Shown here: in pieces, positions 19,083 to 29,047 of the stretch | How positions within the stretch are numbered: position 1 is the first letter of the stretch | Layout: each line of letters begins with the position of its first letter | Source of the DNA: a bacterium | GTDB taxonomy: Bacteria > Zhuqueibacterota > Zhuqueibacteria > Oceanimicrobiales > Oceanimicrobiaceae | Reading direction: 5' to 3' | Assembly: GCA_037446635.1 (NCBI GenBank) | Contig: JBBIIG010000003.1 | Span: 55,302 to 119,301 of the forward strand | DNA: 64,000 nt | Translations under genes and position numbers: made by a program | The notes under the pieces: generated by a model | What the model saw: only the letters and a program-made list of their open reading frames with translations | Told to the model about the DNA's origin: nothing | The model's database searches: none

Positions 19083-19949
19083 ATGAACCTCGACTTCCTG
19101 ATCGACAAAGTTGTAGATGAAATGACTGCTCAGCCCGTCCACTCGCACGGCGTGAAAACGCCCGAGTGCAACTGGTGCTGGGTGTGCCCCAACTGCCGCA
19201 GCGAGGTGGTGAAAGAGATGGTTGGCAATGGCGCCAATCGCGTGGGCGCGGGACCGAATTTAGGCCCGATTCACACGAACCTCGCAAAGTACATCGATCA
19301 CACGTTGCTCAAACCGGAAGCCACCGAAGATCAAATCATCAAACTGTGCCATGAAGCGGTGCAGTACGGCTTCGCTTCGGTGTGTGTTAATCCGACCTGG
19401 GTGCGGCTCTGCCGTGAGCTGACGCGCAACAGCGACGTGCTGGTGTGCACCGTGGCCGGCTTTCCGTTGGGCGCCAACACGACTGCGGTTAAAGCCTTTG
19501 AAACCCAGAAAGCGGTGGAAGAAGGCGCCGACGAAGTGGATATGGTCATCAACATCGGGCGGATGAAATCCGGCGACTACAATTTCGTGATGCGCGACAT
19601 CCGCGCGGTGGTAGAGGCCGCGGCCAAACGCGCAGAAGTCAAAGTCATCATCGAAACCTGTTATCTCACGGATGAAGAAAAAATCAAAGCGTGTCTCTTG
19701 GTCAAGGAAGCCGGCGCGCATTTCGTGAAAACTTCAACTGGCTTTGGCAAACAGGGCGCGACCCTCGGCGACGTGGCACTCATGCGCAAAGTCGTCGGTA
19801 GCGAATTGGGCGTGAAGGCCGCCGGCGGCATCCGCGATTACGAGGTCGCGGCGCAGATGATCGAAGCCGGCGCCAACCGACTCGGCGCCTCCGCCAGCGT
19901 GGCTATCATCGGACTGCCCGCCAGAGGCCTTGGGCAGGCGGGCAAATGA
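19083..19949 (+). CDS. deoC: Deoxyribose-phosphate aldolase with an N-terminal Cys-rich, encapsulation-peptide-like extension
   Basis: [39 protein letters not shown]; ~65-aa extra N-terminus. Confidence 0.95.
   Translation: MNLDFLIDKVVDEMTAQPVHSHGVKTPECNWCWVCPNCRSEVVKEMVGNGANRVGAGPNLGPIHTNLAKYIDHTLLKPEATEDQIIKLCHEAVQYGFASVCVNPTWVRLCRELTRNSDVLVCTVAGFPLGANTTAVKAFETQKAVEEGADEVDMVINIGRMKSGDYNFVMRDIRAVVEAAAKRAEVKVIIETCYLTDEEKIKACLLVKEAGAHFVKTSTGFGKQGATLGDVALMRKVVGSELGVKAAGGIRDYEVAAQMIEAGANRLGASASVAIIGLPARGLGQAGK
19914..19943 (+). repeat. 30-bp palindromic element in frame within deoC
   Basis: CTGCCCGCCAGAGGCCTTGGGCAGGCGGGC; 27/30 identical to 25306-25335. Confidence 0.8.
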
Positions 19950-21265
19950 ATCCCATCGACATCATCATAAAAAAGCGCGACGGTGAAACCCTCAGCGCCG
20001 AGGAATTGCAGTTCCTGATTTCGGGCTACGTCCGCGACGAGATTCCCGACTATCAAATCGCTGCATTTTTAATGAGCGTTTATTTTCAGGGAATGCAGCC
20101 GACTGAAATCGCGACTCTCACGCAAATTATGCGTGACTCCGGCACCGTGCTCGATCTCGCCGACATCCCCGGATTCAAAATCGACAAACACAGCACCGGC
20201 GGCGTCGGCGATAAAGTCTCGCTCATTCTCGCGCCGCTGGTGGCAGCCGCCGGACTCATTGTGCCGATGATTTCCGGGCGCTCGCTGGCCCACACCGGCG
20301 GCACGCTCGATAAGTTGGAAGCCATTCCCGGTTTTCGCACCAATCTCAGCATCCCCGAAATTAAATCCCTGTTGAAAAAAATCGGCGTGGCGCTAGTGGG
20401 ACAGACGGCCGATCTGACTCCCGCCGACAAAAAAATCTACGCTCTACGCGACGCCACCGGCACCGTGCACGCGATCCCGCTCATCACCGCCAGCATCTTG
20501 AGCAAAAAACTGGCCGAGGGCATCGATGCGCTGGTGCTGGACGTCAAAGCCGGCAGCGGCGCGATTTTCGAAACCAAAGAGAAGGCGGAGGAGTTGGCGC
20601 GCATGTTGGTCGCCACCGCTAACCAGTTTAATTTGAAAACGGTTGCCATCATCACCTCGATGGAACAGCCGCTGGGCAACGCTATCGGCAACTGGCTGGA
20701 GACCCGCGAAGCCCTTGCGACGCTGCGGGGAAGCGGGCCGGCGGATTTGCTGGAGGTCACCCTCACCCTCGGCGCGCAGATGCTGGTGCTGGCCGGCGCG
20801 GCCGCGAATCTCGAATTCGGCAAAAAAATCTTGCAAGAGAAAATCGATGATGGCTCTGGCTTTGAAAAATTTTGGGAGATTGTGAAAGCGCAGGGCGGCG
20901 ATACCTCGGTGATCGAAAATCCTGAAAGTTACCCGGCTGCTAAATTCTCATTTGAAGTAAAAAGTCCGAAGGCCGGATTTGTTTCCAAAATACACTGCCG
21001 GGAAATTGGCAAAATTTCCATGGCCCTCGGCGCCGGCCGCAGCGCGGTGAAAGACGGCGTGGATTACACTTCCGGCATCGTGCTGCATAAAAAGGTTGGC
21101 GATCGTATCGAAGCCGATGAGGTGCTGGCTGTGGCGTACACCAACAAAAAAGAGCGCATCGAAGAAAACAAAAATCGTCTGCAAAATGCTTTTAAAATAG
21201 TTGATGCGCAAGTTGATCCGCCGCCGCTGATTCAGGGGTGGGTGGATGGCAACGACGAGGAGTGA
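19946..21265 (+). CDS. pdp: Pyrimidine-nucleoside/thymidine phosphorylase
   Basis: [36 protein letters not shown]. Confidence 0.93.
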   Translation: MNPIDIIIKKRDGETLSAEELQFLISGYVRDEIPDYQIAAFLMSVYFQGMQPTEIATLTQIMRDSGTVLDLADIPGFKIDKHSTGGVGDKVSLILAPLVAAAGLIVPMISGRSLAHTGGTLDKLEAIPGFRTNLSIPEIKSLLKKIGVALVGQTADLTPADKKIYALRDATGTVHAIPLITASILSKKLAEGIDALVLDVKAGSGAIFETKEKAEELARMLVATANQFNLKTVAIITSMEQPLGNAIGNWLETREALATLRGSGPADLLEVTLTLGAQMLVLAGAAANLEFGKKILQEKIDDGSGFEKFWEIVKAQGGDTSVIENPESYPAAKFSFEVKSPKAGFVSKIHCREIGKISMALGAGRSAVKDGVDYTSGIVLHKKVGDRIEADEVLAVAYTNKKERIEENKNRLQNAFKIVDAQVDPPPLIQGWVDGNDEE

Positions 21266-21350
21266 TGGAGTGCTGGATCAATGAAGCGGCAACCACATGA
21301 ATCCATAGACCCATCAATCTAGGCTGAATAGAGAGAAAAAAGGTTAGAGC

Positions 21351-21752
21351 ATGCGCTATCTCGTCAAAGCACGCATCAAATCGGGGAAGGCCGAACCCCT
21401 GCTGCGCGCCATCGAAACCGGCACGCTGGGTGAAGGCTCGGTTGCCGGCGATGAATATATTTACGATATGCAGCAGGCGCGCCAGTTGGAAGACGGCACA
21501 ATCTGCTGGGTGGAAACCTGCTTTTGCCCGACGCCGCTCGCCGAAGAAACGCCGTATTGGGAAGAATATTTTGATCTTCTCAAAATCAAAAACGCCCACG
21601 ACCCGCGCCGCTGCAAAGATTTGAACGGAAGCGAGCCCTGGGCCTGCTGCGATTGCGATTGCACCAAAAAGTTGGAGGAAAAGATGAAGGGTTGGGGGAA
21701 ATCGTTTCTGGCGACCTTGGAAGCATCCGGCAAATCGCCGAATTCAAAATAG
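21351..21752 (+). CDS. Hypothetical Cys-rich protein
   Basis: WVETCFC, RRC, WACCDCDC; host-like codon usage. Confidence 0.7.
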   Translation: MRYLVKARIKSGKAEPLLRAIETGTLGEGSVAGDEYIYDMQQARQLEDGTICWVETCFCPTPLAEETPYWEEYFDLLKIKNAHDPRRCKDLNGSEPWACCDCDCTKKLEEKMKGWGKSFLATLEASGKSPNSK

Positions 21753-21754
21753 TT

Positions 21755-22075
21755 TCACTGCACGACCACCGCCGTTCCGCTGGCCGAGACCATCAACATG
21801 CCGTTGTTTTGACCCAGCACTTCGTAGTCGAGATCGATGCCAACCACTGCGTTCGCGCCCAACTCTTGTGCGCGTTGTTGCAGTTCATCGAGCGCAATGT
21901 CGCGAGCATTTTGCAGCTCTTTTTCATAAGTGGCCGATCGCCCGCCGACGAGATCGCGGATGCCAGCGAACAGATCTTTGAAAATGTTCGCGCCCAGGAT
22001 TGCCTCTCCAGCAACGATGCCGCAATACTTGGTGATGCGCTTGCCTTCGATGGTTGGGGTAGTGGTAAGTTGCAT
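21755..22075 (-). CDS. YbjQ/UPF0145-family protein
   Basis: [49 protein letters not shown]. Confidence 0.93.
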   Translation of the reverse strand: MQLTTTPTIEGKRITKYCGIVAGEAILGANIFKDLFAGIRDLVGGRSATYEKELQNARDIALDELQQRAQELGANAVVGIDLDYEVLGQNNGMLMVSASGTAVVVQ

Positions 22076-22089
22076 GGTTCCTCCCAATG

Positions 22090-22359
22090 TCAAGAATTTT
22101 GCTGACTACTGGCTTGGTTAATTTTTTCTTGAACCCATAGGTTTAACAGAGTCTCTTCGCTAATTCCACGTTCTTCGGCGATCTGTCTAACCTTCAATGA
22201 AAGATGGCCGTCCAATGGGTAATACTTGCGTTGCGATTTAATCTTCACATCGAATTTCACTTCAGTCTGTTCTCCGAATTCAGTAGCATCATGTTCATCC
22301 CAAAACGCGCCTATTTCCTGATAAGTGCGAGCTTTTGAGATTGGTGTTTTACTTGACAT
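22090..22359 (-). CDS. CopG/BrnA-like antitoxin
   Basis: [10 protein letters not shown]...[20 protein letters not shown]. Confidence 0.75.
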   Translation of the reverse strand: MSSKTPISKARTYQEIGAFWDEHDATEFGEQTEVKFDVKIKSQRKYYPLDGHLSLKVRQIAEERGISEETLLNLWVQEKINQASSQQNS

Positions 22360-22420
22360 ACTTTTTCCTTTCCTTTTTTGTCATCTCTCGTGCTGAAACG
22401 ATGATAGCTTGTTTGTATAA
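22349..22420 (-). pseudogene. C-terminal remnant of a BrnT-like toxin
   Basis: Reads [22 protein letters not shown], overlapping the antitoxin start; no upstream ORF. Confidence 0.65.
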
Positions 22421-22556
22421 ACTGCTTTCCTCCAGTTACTCCAATTTCTCAAGTCTAATATTAGACACTGAATGTCTAAATATGGCCGTTGCCATCCCGA
22501 TCCTTTAAATTTAGACCAAGCCGCAAAACCTTCAAGATTCCAGGGTTCTATAAGAA

Positions 22557-22702
22557 TCACCCCAGCAAATCTGCCACCACCGCTTTCTCTTCATTCAATT
22601 CCTTCAATGTGATCTGAATTTTCTCGCGGGCGAAGTCGCTCCACTTCACGTTTTGCACAATCGAATAGTTGCCTTTGCCGTCGCTGGTGCAGGGGAAGGA
22701 AA
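22557..22702 (-). repeat. Displaced duplicate of the mdh 3' end (direct repeat of 23366-23511)
   Basis: 146 bp with 10 mismatches by manual alignment. Confidence 0.95.
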
Positions 22703-22717
22703 GACTATTTACTCCCG

Positions 22718-22990
22718 TCATTGATGTGTTTGTTCGATGGGGTCTTTATGGGCTTCAGCATATATGCGAAGAGCTGCGGCCATGAGGCGGGAGTAGTCTT
22801 TGCCTTGTGCCTTGAACCACTCCAGTACCTCAGGCTCTACGCGCACAGTAATAGATACCGGCGGTCGCGGCATACGCAAGGTGGCCTTGGCAAAAAACTC
22901 TTCCGACAAAGGTGGAACGTCGGAAGTGTCAATCATTTCATCGGTCATGACATCAATGCGGGCCCAGTCGGTCTCGGAAGGCTTGTTCAT
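22718..22990 (-). CDS. BrnA antitoxin
   Basis: TDWARID...IDTSDVPPL...FF...ITVRVEPEVLEWFKAQGKDY. Confidence 0.88.
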   Translation of the reverse strand: MNKPSETDWARIDVMTDEMIDTSDVPPLSEEFFAKATLRMPRPPVSITVRVEPEVLEWFKAQGKDYSRLMAAALRIYAEAHKDPIEQTHQ

Positions 22991-23256
22991 ATTTTGTTTG
23001 TTCATGTGTAAGTGCCTTTCTTAATGAAATAATTCTGATTACTTCTTCGTCACTTTCTTCGCGCTCGGCAAAAACCTACTACAACGATACACGCATCAAG
23101 CACGCCAATTCCAATCCACCGGTCTTCGCCATAATCCTCGCGTTCGTCAAGGTTCGTAAGCATAGGGGTCGCAAAAATTTTCCACGCATCGGCAAAATCG
23201 AAGCCGTGCTTACGAATGTTCTCCTTACGTTTGTTTTCGTCCCACTCAAAGCGCAT
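22953..23256 (-). pseudogene. BrnT toxin, frameshifted
   Basis: MRFEWDENK...KHGFDF...DYGEDRWIGIG; one extra base near 23075 (GTAGGTTTTTGCC on the - strand); the shifted frame continues ...IRIISLRKALTHEQTKYE. Confidence 0.82.
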
Positions 23257-23365
23257 GAATTATGTGTAGTTGCCAAGTTCAGCTAATGGACTTTATCTCG
23301 ACTTCAAATATAGCATAAATCCCGAATGACGCAACCCGAAATCTGGGAGGTTCGAGAATCAATTC

Positions 23366-24349
23366 TCACTTAATCAAATCCGCTACCACCGCTTTCTCTT
23401 CGTTCAATTCTTTCAATGTGATATGAATTTTCTCGCGGGCGAAGTCGCTCCACTTCACGTTTTGCACAATCGAGTAGTTGCCTTTGCCGTCGCTGGTGCA
23501 GGGGAAGGAAAAGATCAGCTCGTCCGTGATGCCGTAGCTGCCGTCGGTGGCCACGGCAGCGGAGAACCAGTCGCCCGCTGGGGTTTTGGCCAGCAGCGTT
23601 TTCACGTGATCGATGGCGGCGTTGGCGGCAGACATCGCCGAGGAAAGCCCGCGGGCGGCAATCACCGCGGCGCCGCGCTGCTGCACGGTTTTGATGAAAT
23701 CTTCCCGCAGCCACGCGACGTGGCCGATGGCGTCGGTGGCCGGCTTGCCTTTGATCTTCGCGTTTTCGAAATCGGGAAATTGCGTGGCGCTGTGGTTGCC
23801 CCAGATGGTCATATTGGTCACGTCCTTCACCGAGACGCCGGCCTTCTTCGCCAATTGCGCTTTGGCGCGCAGCTCATCCAGTCGGGTCATGGCGCTGAAA
23901 CGCTCGCGGGGAATGTCCTTGGCGTTCTTCATGCAAATCAGGCAATTGGTGTTAGCGGGATTGCCCACCACGAATACCCGCACGTCATCGGCGGCTTTGG
24001 CGAGCGCCTTGCCCTGTCCCACGAAAATCGGGCCGTTGTCGCGAATGAGGTCTTTGCGCTCCATGCCTTTGCCGCGCGGCTTGGCGCCAATCAGCAGCGC
24101 CCAGTTGATACCATCAAAAGCAGTCTCGGCTTTATCGGTCACCACAATTTTTTCAACCAATGGAAACGCGCAATCTTCGATTTCCATCACCACGCCTTCG
24201 AGGGCGGGCAGTACCGGCGTGATTTCCAGCAAATGCAGATGGAGTTTGGTATCGGCGCCAAACACTTCTCCCGAAGCGATGCGCGGAAGAATGGCGTAGC
24301 CAATTTGTCCCGCCGCGCCGGTCACGGCAACCTTCACGGTTTTTGACAT
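23366..24349 (-). CDS. mdh: Malate dehydrogenase
   Basis: [46 protein letters not shown]. Confidence 0.97.
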   Translation of the reverse strand: MSKTVKVAVTGAAGQIGYAILPRIASGEVFGADTKLHLHLLEITPVLPALEGVVMEIEDCAFPLVEKIVVTDKAETAFDGINWALLIGAKPRGKGMERKDLIRDNGPIFVGQGKALAKAADDVRVFVVGNPANTNCLICMKNAKDIPRERFSAMTRLDELRAKAQLAKKAGVSVKDVTNMTIWGNHSATQFPDFENAKIKGKPATDAIGHVAWLREDFIKTVQQRGAAVIAARGLSSAMSAANAAIDHVKTLLAKTPAGDWFSAAVATDGSYGITDELIFSFPCTSDGKGNYSIVQNVKWSDFAREKIHITLKELNEEKAVVADLIK

Positions 24350-24765
24350 CGCAACCTCCTTCGATTTTCGTCTTTATTACTTTGTTGGTCAAATAGCTGC
24401 AGCCTGTTCAAAGATAATTTAAAGATAAGAATCGGGTGATGATCCGCAAGGGATTTTTTTGCGACTCAGTAGGGCCGCCTGCCAAGTTTTCGCTTGCGCT
24501 TTGAGAAAGATTTTTTTATTTAATACCACGCAAAAATAGAGGAGCTTGTGAGACACCTCACATTTAGTTTCCAATTTGATCCTGGAGTGGATTTTTATTC
24601 TGTATGAAGGCCATCCGCCCAATGGAAAGACCGGATTACGACGCTTCTACAAATGTTCCACCACGAGCTGTTAAAATTGGCCGCGTTCCTTCGCAATCGG
24701 AAATTCTTTGAGACGCCCTTACTCATTTTAGGAATTGCTCCACAAACTAAAACAGAGGAATCAGC

Positions 24766-26139
24766 ATGATGAAAAAAATGACACTCGTAATTATCTCATT
24801 CTCACTATTAGTTTATGCTGCTGCATTTCCCAGCGAACCCAACGCCGACCAGCAGCGCAACTGGCCGCAGTGGCGGGGACCGCTGGCCAACGGCGTCGCC
24901 CCGCACGCCAATCCACCAGTCGAATGGAGCGCAACCAAAAACATCCGCTGGAAAACCGAAATTCCCGGACGCGGTCACGCCACGCCCATCGTTTGGGGTG
25001 AGCAGATTTTCATCTTAACCGCGGTAGAAACGGAACAGGCCGGCAGCACTCCCGCCGCCGATAATAACCTGCCCGAATGGCGACGCGGCCGCGGCATTTC
25101 CACGGACAAAATCCACCGCTACGACGTTCTCTCCATCAACCGAAAAGATGGCAAAATTCTTTGGCAGAAAACCGCGACCACCGCGCTGCCCCACGAAGGC
25201 ACCCACACCGACGGCAGTTGGGCCTCCCACTCGCCGATTACCGATGGCGAATTGCTATTTGCGTATTTTGGATCGCGGGGAATTTTTTGTTACGATCTCA
25301 AAGGCCTGCCCGCCAGAAGCCTAAGGCAGGCGGGCAATTTGAAATGGCAGAAAGATTTGGGCGACATGACCACCCGTAACAGTTTCGGCGAGGGCAGCTC
25401 GCCGGCGCTGCACGGAGATAAACTCATCATCAACTGGGATCACGAGGGGCAATCGTTTATTGTCGTTCTCAATAAAAAAACTGGTGAAGAAATTTGGCGC
25501 GCCGATCGCGACGAACCGACCTCGTGGTCCACGCCACTGGTGGTGAGCCATGATGGCCAGCCGCAGGTGATCGTCAGCGCCACCAATCGCGTGCGCAGTT
25601 ATGATCTCAACAGCGGCAAAATTTTGTGGGAATCGAGCGGCATGACCGTAAATACGATCCCCTCGCCCGTGCACGATGACGGCATAGTGTACGTGATGAG
25701 CGGCTTCCGCGGCAGCGCGCTGCAAGCCATTCGCCTCGCCGATGCCCGCGGCTACATCAACGATACGCCGGCCATCATCTGGCAGCACGACCGCGACACG
25801 CCGTATGTGCCCTCGCCGCTGCTGTACGACGACAACCTCTATTTTCTGAAAGTGAACACGGCTATTCTTTCCTGCTTCAACGCCCGCACGGGCGAGCCCA
25901 ATTATGAGCCGCAGCGGCTGGAGGGGTTGACGAACGTTTACAGCTCGCCCGTGGGCGCGGCGGGTCGCGTTTATATCACCAGCCGCAACGGCGCGACCCT
26001 GGTGCTGAAAAACAGCCCACAATTCGAGGTGCTCGCCGTCAATCAACTCCATGATGATTTCGAGGCCTCGGCGGCGTTAGTTGATGGGGAATTGTACTTG
26101 CGAGGAAAACAGACGTTGTATTGTATAGCGGAAAACTGA
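24766..26139 (+). CDS. Secreted PQQ-like beta-propeller repeat protein
   Basis: NWPQWRGP, WKTEIPGRGHATP, repeated GKILW/SP motifs. Confidence 0.9.
   Translation: MMKKMTLVIISFSLLVYAAAFPSEPNADQQRNWPQWRGPLANGVAPHANPPVEWSATKNIRWKTEIPGRGHATPIVWGEQIFILTAVETEQAGSTPAADNNLPEWRRGRGISTDKIHRYDVLSINRKDGKILWQKTATTALPHEGTHTDGSWASHSPITDGELLFAYFGSRGIFCYDLKGLPARSLRQAGNLKWQKDLGDMTTRNSFGEGSSPALHGDKLIINWDHEGQSFIVVLNKKTGEEIWRADRDEPTSWSTPLVVSHDGQPQVIVSATNRVRSYDLNSGKILWESSGMTVNTIPSPVHDDGIVYVMSGFRGSALQAIRLADARGYINDTPAIIWQHDRDTPYVPSPLLYDDNLYFLKVNTAILSCFNARTGEPNYEPQRLEGLTNVYSSPVGAAGRVYITSRNGATLVLKNSPQFEVLAVNQLHDDFEASAALVDGELYLRGKQTLYCIAEN
25306..25335 (+). repeat. 30-bp palindromic element in frame within the PQQ-like gene
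   Basis: Removing it restores YDLKGNLKWQ, a typical propeller-blade motif. Confidence 0.85.
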
Positions 26140-26233
26140 CCCAACTCGCTCCAGCACGGTTTGTAACCGTGTTTGGAATTCTAAAAGCTCGCAATCTATG
26201 TTCTTTTTCCAAAACACGGTCGAAGACCATGTT

Positions 26234-26533
26234 ATGATGATGCACTGCTACAACTGCCAAAGCGAAATTAACTTGACCGGACAGCCCAGCCGCAGTGCCA
26301 CCTGCCCCAAATGCGCGGCCTATTTGCGCTGCTGCCGCAACTGCCGGTTCTACGATCCCAACGCGCACAACCAGTGCCGCGAGCCGCAAGCTGAGTGGGT
26401 GCAAGACAAAGAGATGGCCAACTTCTGCGACTTTTTTGAGGCGGCCAGCAAAGCGGCGGACAGAGAAACGGCGCGCAAAGAGGAGGCGCGCAAAAAGCTG
26501 GAGGAGTTGTTTAAGAAAAAGCCCACGGATTAG
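26234..26533 (+). CDS. Hypothetical multi-Cys zinc-binding protein
   Basis: CYNC, CPKC, CCRNC, CRE, NFCDFF. Confidence 0.75.
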   Translation: MMMHCYNCQSEINLTGQPSRSATCPKCAAYLRCCRNCRFYDPNAHNQCREPQAEWVQDKEMANFCDFFEAASKAADRETARKEEARKKLEELFKKKPTD

Positions 26534-26667
26534 AAAACCACGTGAAAAAGAAGTCAAAACAATTTTGCCCTCTATAAATCTTGCTTTTCGATTGACGTTT
26601 GATTATGTTTACCGCTGGTTATTGCTGCAACATTCCAATCATAAAAAAATAATTAAGAGGAGGGTTT

Positions 26668-27042
26668 ATGACCGCGAGACTTTTGCTACTGACTTTGGTT
26701 TTTGTGTGCCTGGCAATGCTCTTGCCGGGATGCTACACCATGAACCAAATCGGCACGCCAACCGATATCGCGATTGAAATTACGAATGCAGAGAACGCCA
26801 CCACCATTCAGCACTTCACTCGTACCAAACTGGTGAATCATTTCATTTTTGGGCTGGTCAGTCCGCAAGATTCTGGTTTTGAGAAGCTGATCGCAGAAGA
26901 AGTGAAAAAAAACAATGGCACGCGAGCAGTGAACCTGAGAACGAAATATCAATACACGTTCGTCAACGGACTCGTGGGCCTCATCACGTTTGGTATTTAC
27001 ACGCCCTTCACTCTGACCGTCGAAGGCGACGTGCTAAAATAG
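26668..27042 (+). CDS. Bor/Iss-like lipoprotein
   Basis: Lipobox LPGC; HFIFGLVS...TFVNGLVGLITFGIYTP; TTGCTT-N17-TATGTT upstream at 26581-26609. Confidence 0.75.
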   Translation: MTARLLLLTLVFVCLAMLLPGCYTMNQIGTPTDIAIEITNAENATTIQHFTRTKLVNHFIFGLVSPQDSGFEKLIAEEVKKNNGTRAVNLRTKYQYTFVNGLVGLITFGIYTPFTLTVEGDVLK

Positions 27043-27130
27043 CAAACGACCTCTTGCAAGTTTCGGAGTTTAAAATCACCCTGGGTATCTCAGGGTGATT
27101 TTTGTTTTTATTCAAAACAGGGAGCCAGTT

Positions 27131-28888
27131 ATGAAACAACGCTTAATTTGCCTTCTCTGCCTGACACTCGTCGCGGTTGCGCCGGCGCAGGAATTAGACT
27201 CGCCTTCCAAGCAACTTCAACAGCTCTTCAACGATTACTGGGAATACACCCTCGAAGAAAATCCGCTGCTCGCTACCTCGCACGGCGATTTGCGCTACAA
27301 CGACAAGTTGAGCGAAGCCGGTTTAGAGGCCAGCCGCAAAAGTTACGAAGCCGACCGCGCGTTTCTCGCTCGCATTCAACAGGTAGATCGCGCCGCCCTC
27401 TCTGCAGAGGATCAGCTCAACTACGATCTCTTCAAAGAGCAATTAGAGTGGCAAATCGAAGAGTTTCAATTCGGCAGCTATCTCGAAGCTGTCCACCAGC
27501 GCAGCGGCTTTCACCTTTTTCTACCTCGCTTCCACGAACGGGTACCGCTGCACACTCGCAAGCACTACGAGGATTATCTCGCCCGTCTCCAATCCATTCC
27601 CACTTTGATTGCCGGCGTGACGGAATTGCTGCAGGAAGGGCTGCGCCAGGGAAGAACGCCGCCGCGGCTGGTGCTCGAAGCGGTTCCCCAGCAAATCGCA
27701 ATGCTGGTGAATACGCCGGTCGAGGAATTCCCGCTCTACCACCCGTTTCTAAATTTCCCAGCGACAATTTCCAAACCCGATCAAAATACCTTGCGCCAGC
27801 GCGGAGAGAACATTTTAAAAAATGAGGTCTTGCCGGCGTTTGAACGCTTCGCCCAATTTTACAGAGACGAATTCATCCCCCAAGCCAAAACCGCAATCGG
27901 CGCCAGCCAACGCTACGCCGACGGCGAAAGGTTTTATGCCTTCCGGGTTCGGCGGTTCACCACCACGCACCTCACCGCCAAAGAAATTCACGAAATCGGT
28001 TTGAAAGAGGTGGAACGCATCAAAACGCGCATGTTGGAAATTATGAAAGAAACCAACTTCAGCGGCGGGTTTAGCGATTTCACCGAGTTTCTGCGCCGCG
28101 ACCCGCAATTTTATTATTCTAAACCGGAAGACCTGCTCAGCGGCTACCGCGATATCTGCAAACGCATGGACGCCGAACTGCCGAAGCTCTTCGGCAAGCT
28201 CCCGCGCGCCCCGTACGGGGTGCGCGAAATCCCGGCCCACGAAGCGCCGCGCGCCACCACCGCCTACTACAACCAACCCACCGCCGACGGCACCCGGCCC
28301 GGCTGGTTTTACGCCAACACCTACGATTTGAACAGCCGCCCGAAATATGAAATGGAGGCGCTGGCGTTTCACGAAGCCGTGCCCGGACATCATTTGCAAA
28401 TTGCTCTGCAGATGGAATTGGAAAACGTGCCGAAATTTCGCACCCTGGCCAGTTACACCGCCTTTGTGGAGGGCTGGGGGCTTTACGCCGAAAGCCTCGG
28501 CAAAGAGGTGGGATTTTATACCAATCCCTACTCCGAGTTTGGGTTTCTTTCCTACGAAATGTGGCGGGCGCTGCGGTTGGTGGTGGATACCGGGATCCAC
28601 GCCTTCGGCTGGTCGCGGGAGCAGGCCATCGAATACATGTTGGCGAACTCCGCCCTCACTCGCACCAACGTGGAAAACGAAGTCGATCGCTACATCGCCT
28701 GGCCGGGACAGGCGCTGGCCTACAAAATCGGGCAGATGAAAATCCGCGAGCTGCGGACCCGGGCTGAACTGGAGTTGGGCGAAACATTTGATGTGCGCGC
28801 CTTTCATGATCTCGTACTCAGCGCCGGCGCGGTCCCGTTAGATATTTTGGAAAAAAGAATCCACGAGTGGATTGCAGCGCAAAAATAA
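27131..28888 (+). CDS. DUF885-family putative secreted metallopeptidase
   Basis: HEAVPGHHLQ, EGWGLYAE, RLVVDTGIH, EVDRYIAWPGQALAYKIG. Confidence 0.93.
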   Translation: MKQRLICLLCLTLVAVAPAQELDSPSKQLQQLFNDYWEYTLEENPLLATSHGDLRYNDKLSEAGLEASRKSYEADRAFLARIQQVDRAALSAEDQLNYDLFKEQLEWQIEEFQFGSYLEAVHQRSGFHLFLPRFHERVPLHTRKHYEDYLARLQSIPTLIAGVTELLQEGLRQGRTPPRLVLEAVPQQIAMLVNTPVEEFPLYHPFLNFPATISKPDQNTLRQRGENILKNEVLPAFERFAQFYRDEFIPQAKTAIGASQRYADGERFYAFRVRRFTTTHLTAKEIHEIGLKEVERIKTRMLEIMKETNFSGGFSDFTEFLRRDPQFYYSKPEDLLSGYRDICKRMDAELPKLFGKLPRAPYGVREIPAHEAPRATTAYYNQPTADGTRPGWFYANTYDLNSRPKYEMEALAFHEAVPGHHLQIALQMELENVPKFRTLASYTAFVEGWGLYAESLGKEVGFYTNPYSEFGFLSYEMWRALRLVVDTGIHAFGWSREQAIEYMLANSALTRTNVENEVDRYIAWPGQALAYKIGQMKIRELRTRAELELGETFDVRAFHDLVLSAGAVPLDILEKRIHEWIAAQK

Positions 28889-28954
28889 TGTGGGCGCACA
28901 ATTGGTGAGTGCATTAATTGCGCCAAATCCTGCGTAAAATTTTTATTTTTCAGC

Positions 28955-28983
28955 TTGACAAATTGCGAGCACTTTAGTATTAT
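28955..28983 (+). promoter_or_regulatory. Near-consensus sigma70 promoter
   Basis: TTGACA-N17-TATTAT. Confidence 0.7.
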
Positions 28984-29047
28984 TTCCCCACTTTGTTTCC
29001 CACCTATTTATTCACAAAAACTTCTAACCAACTGCAAGGAGGAGGTT

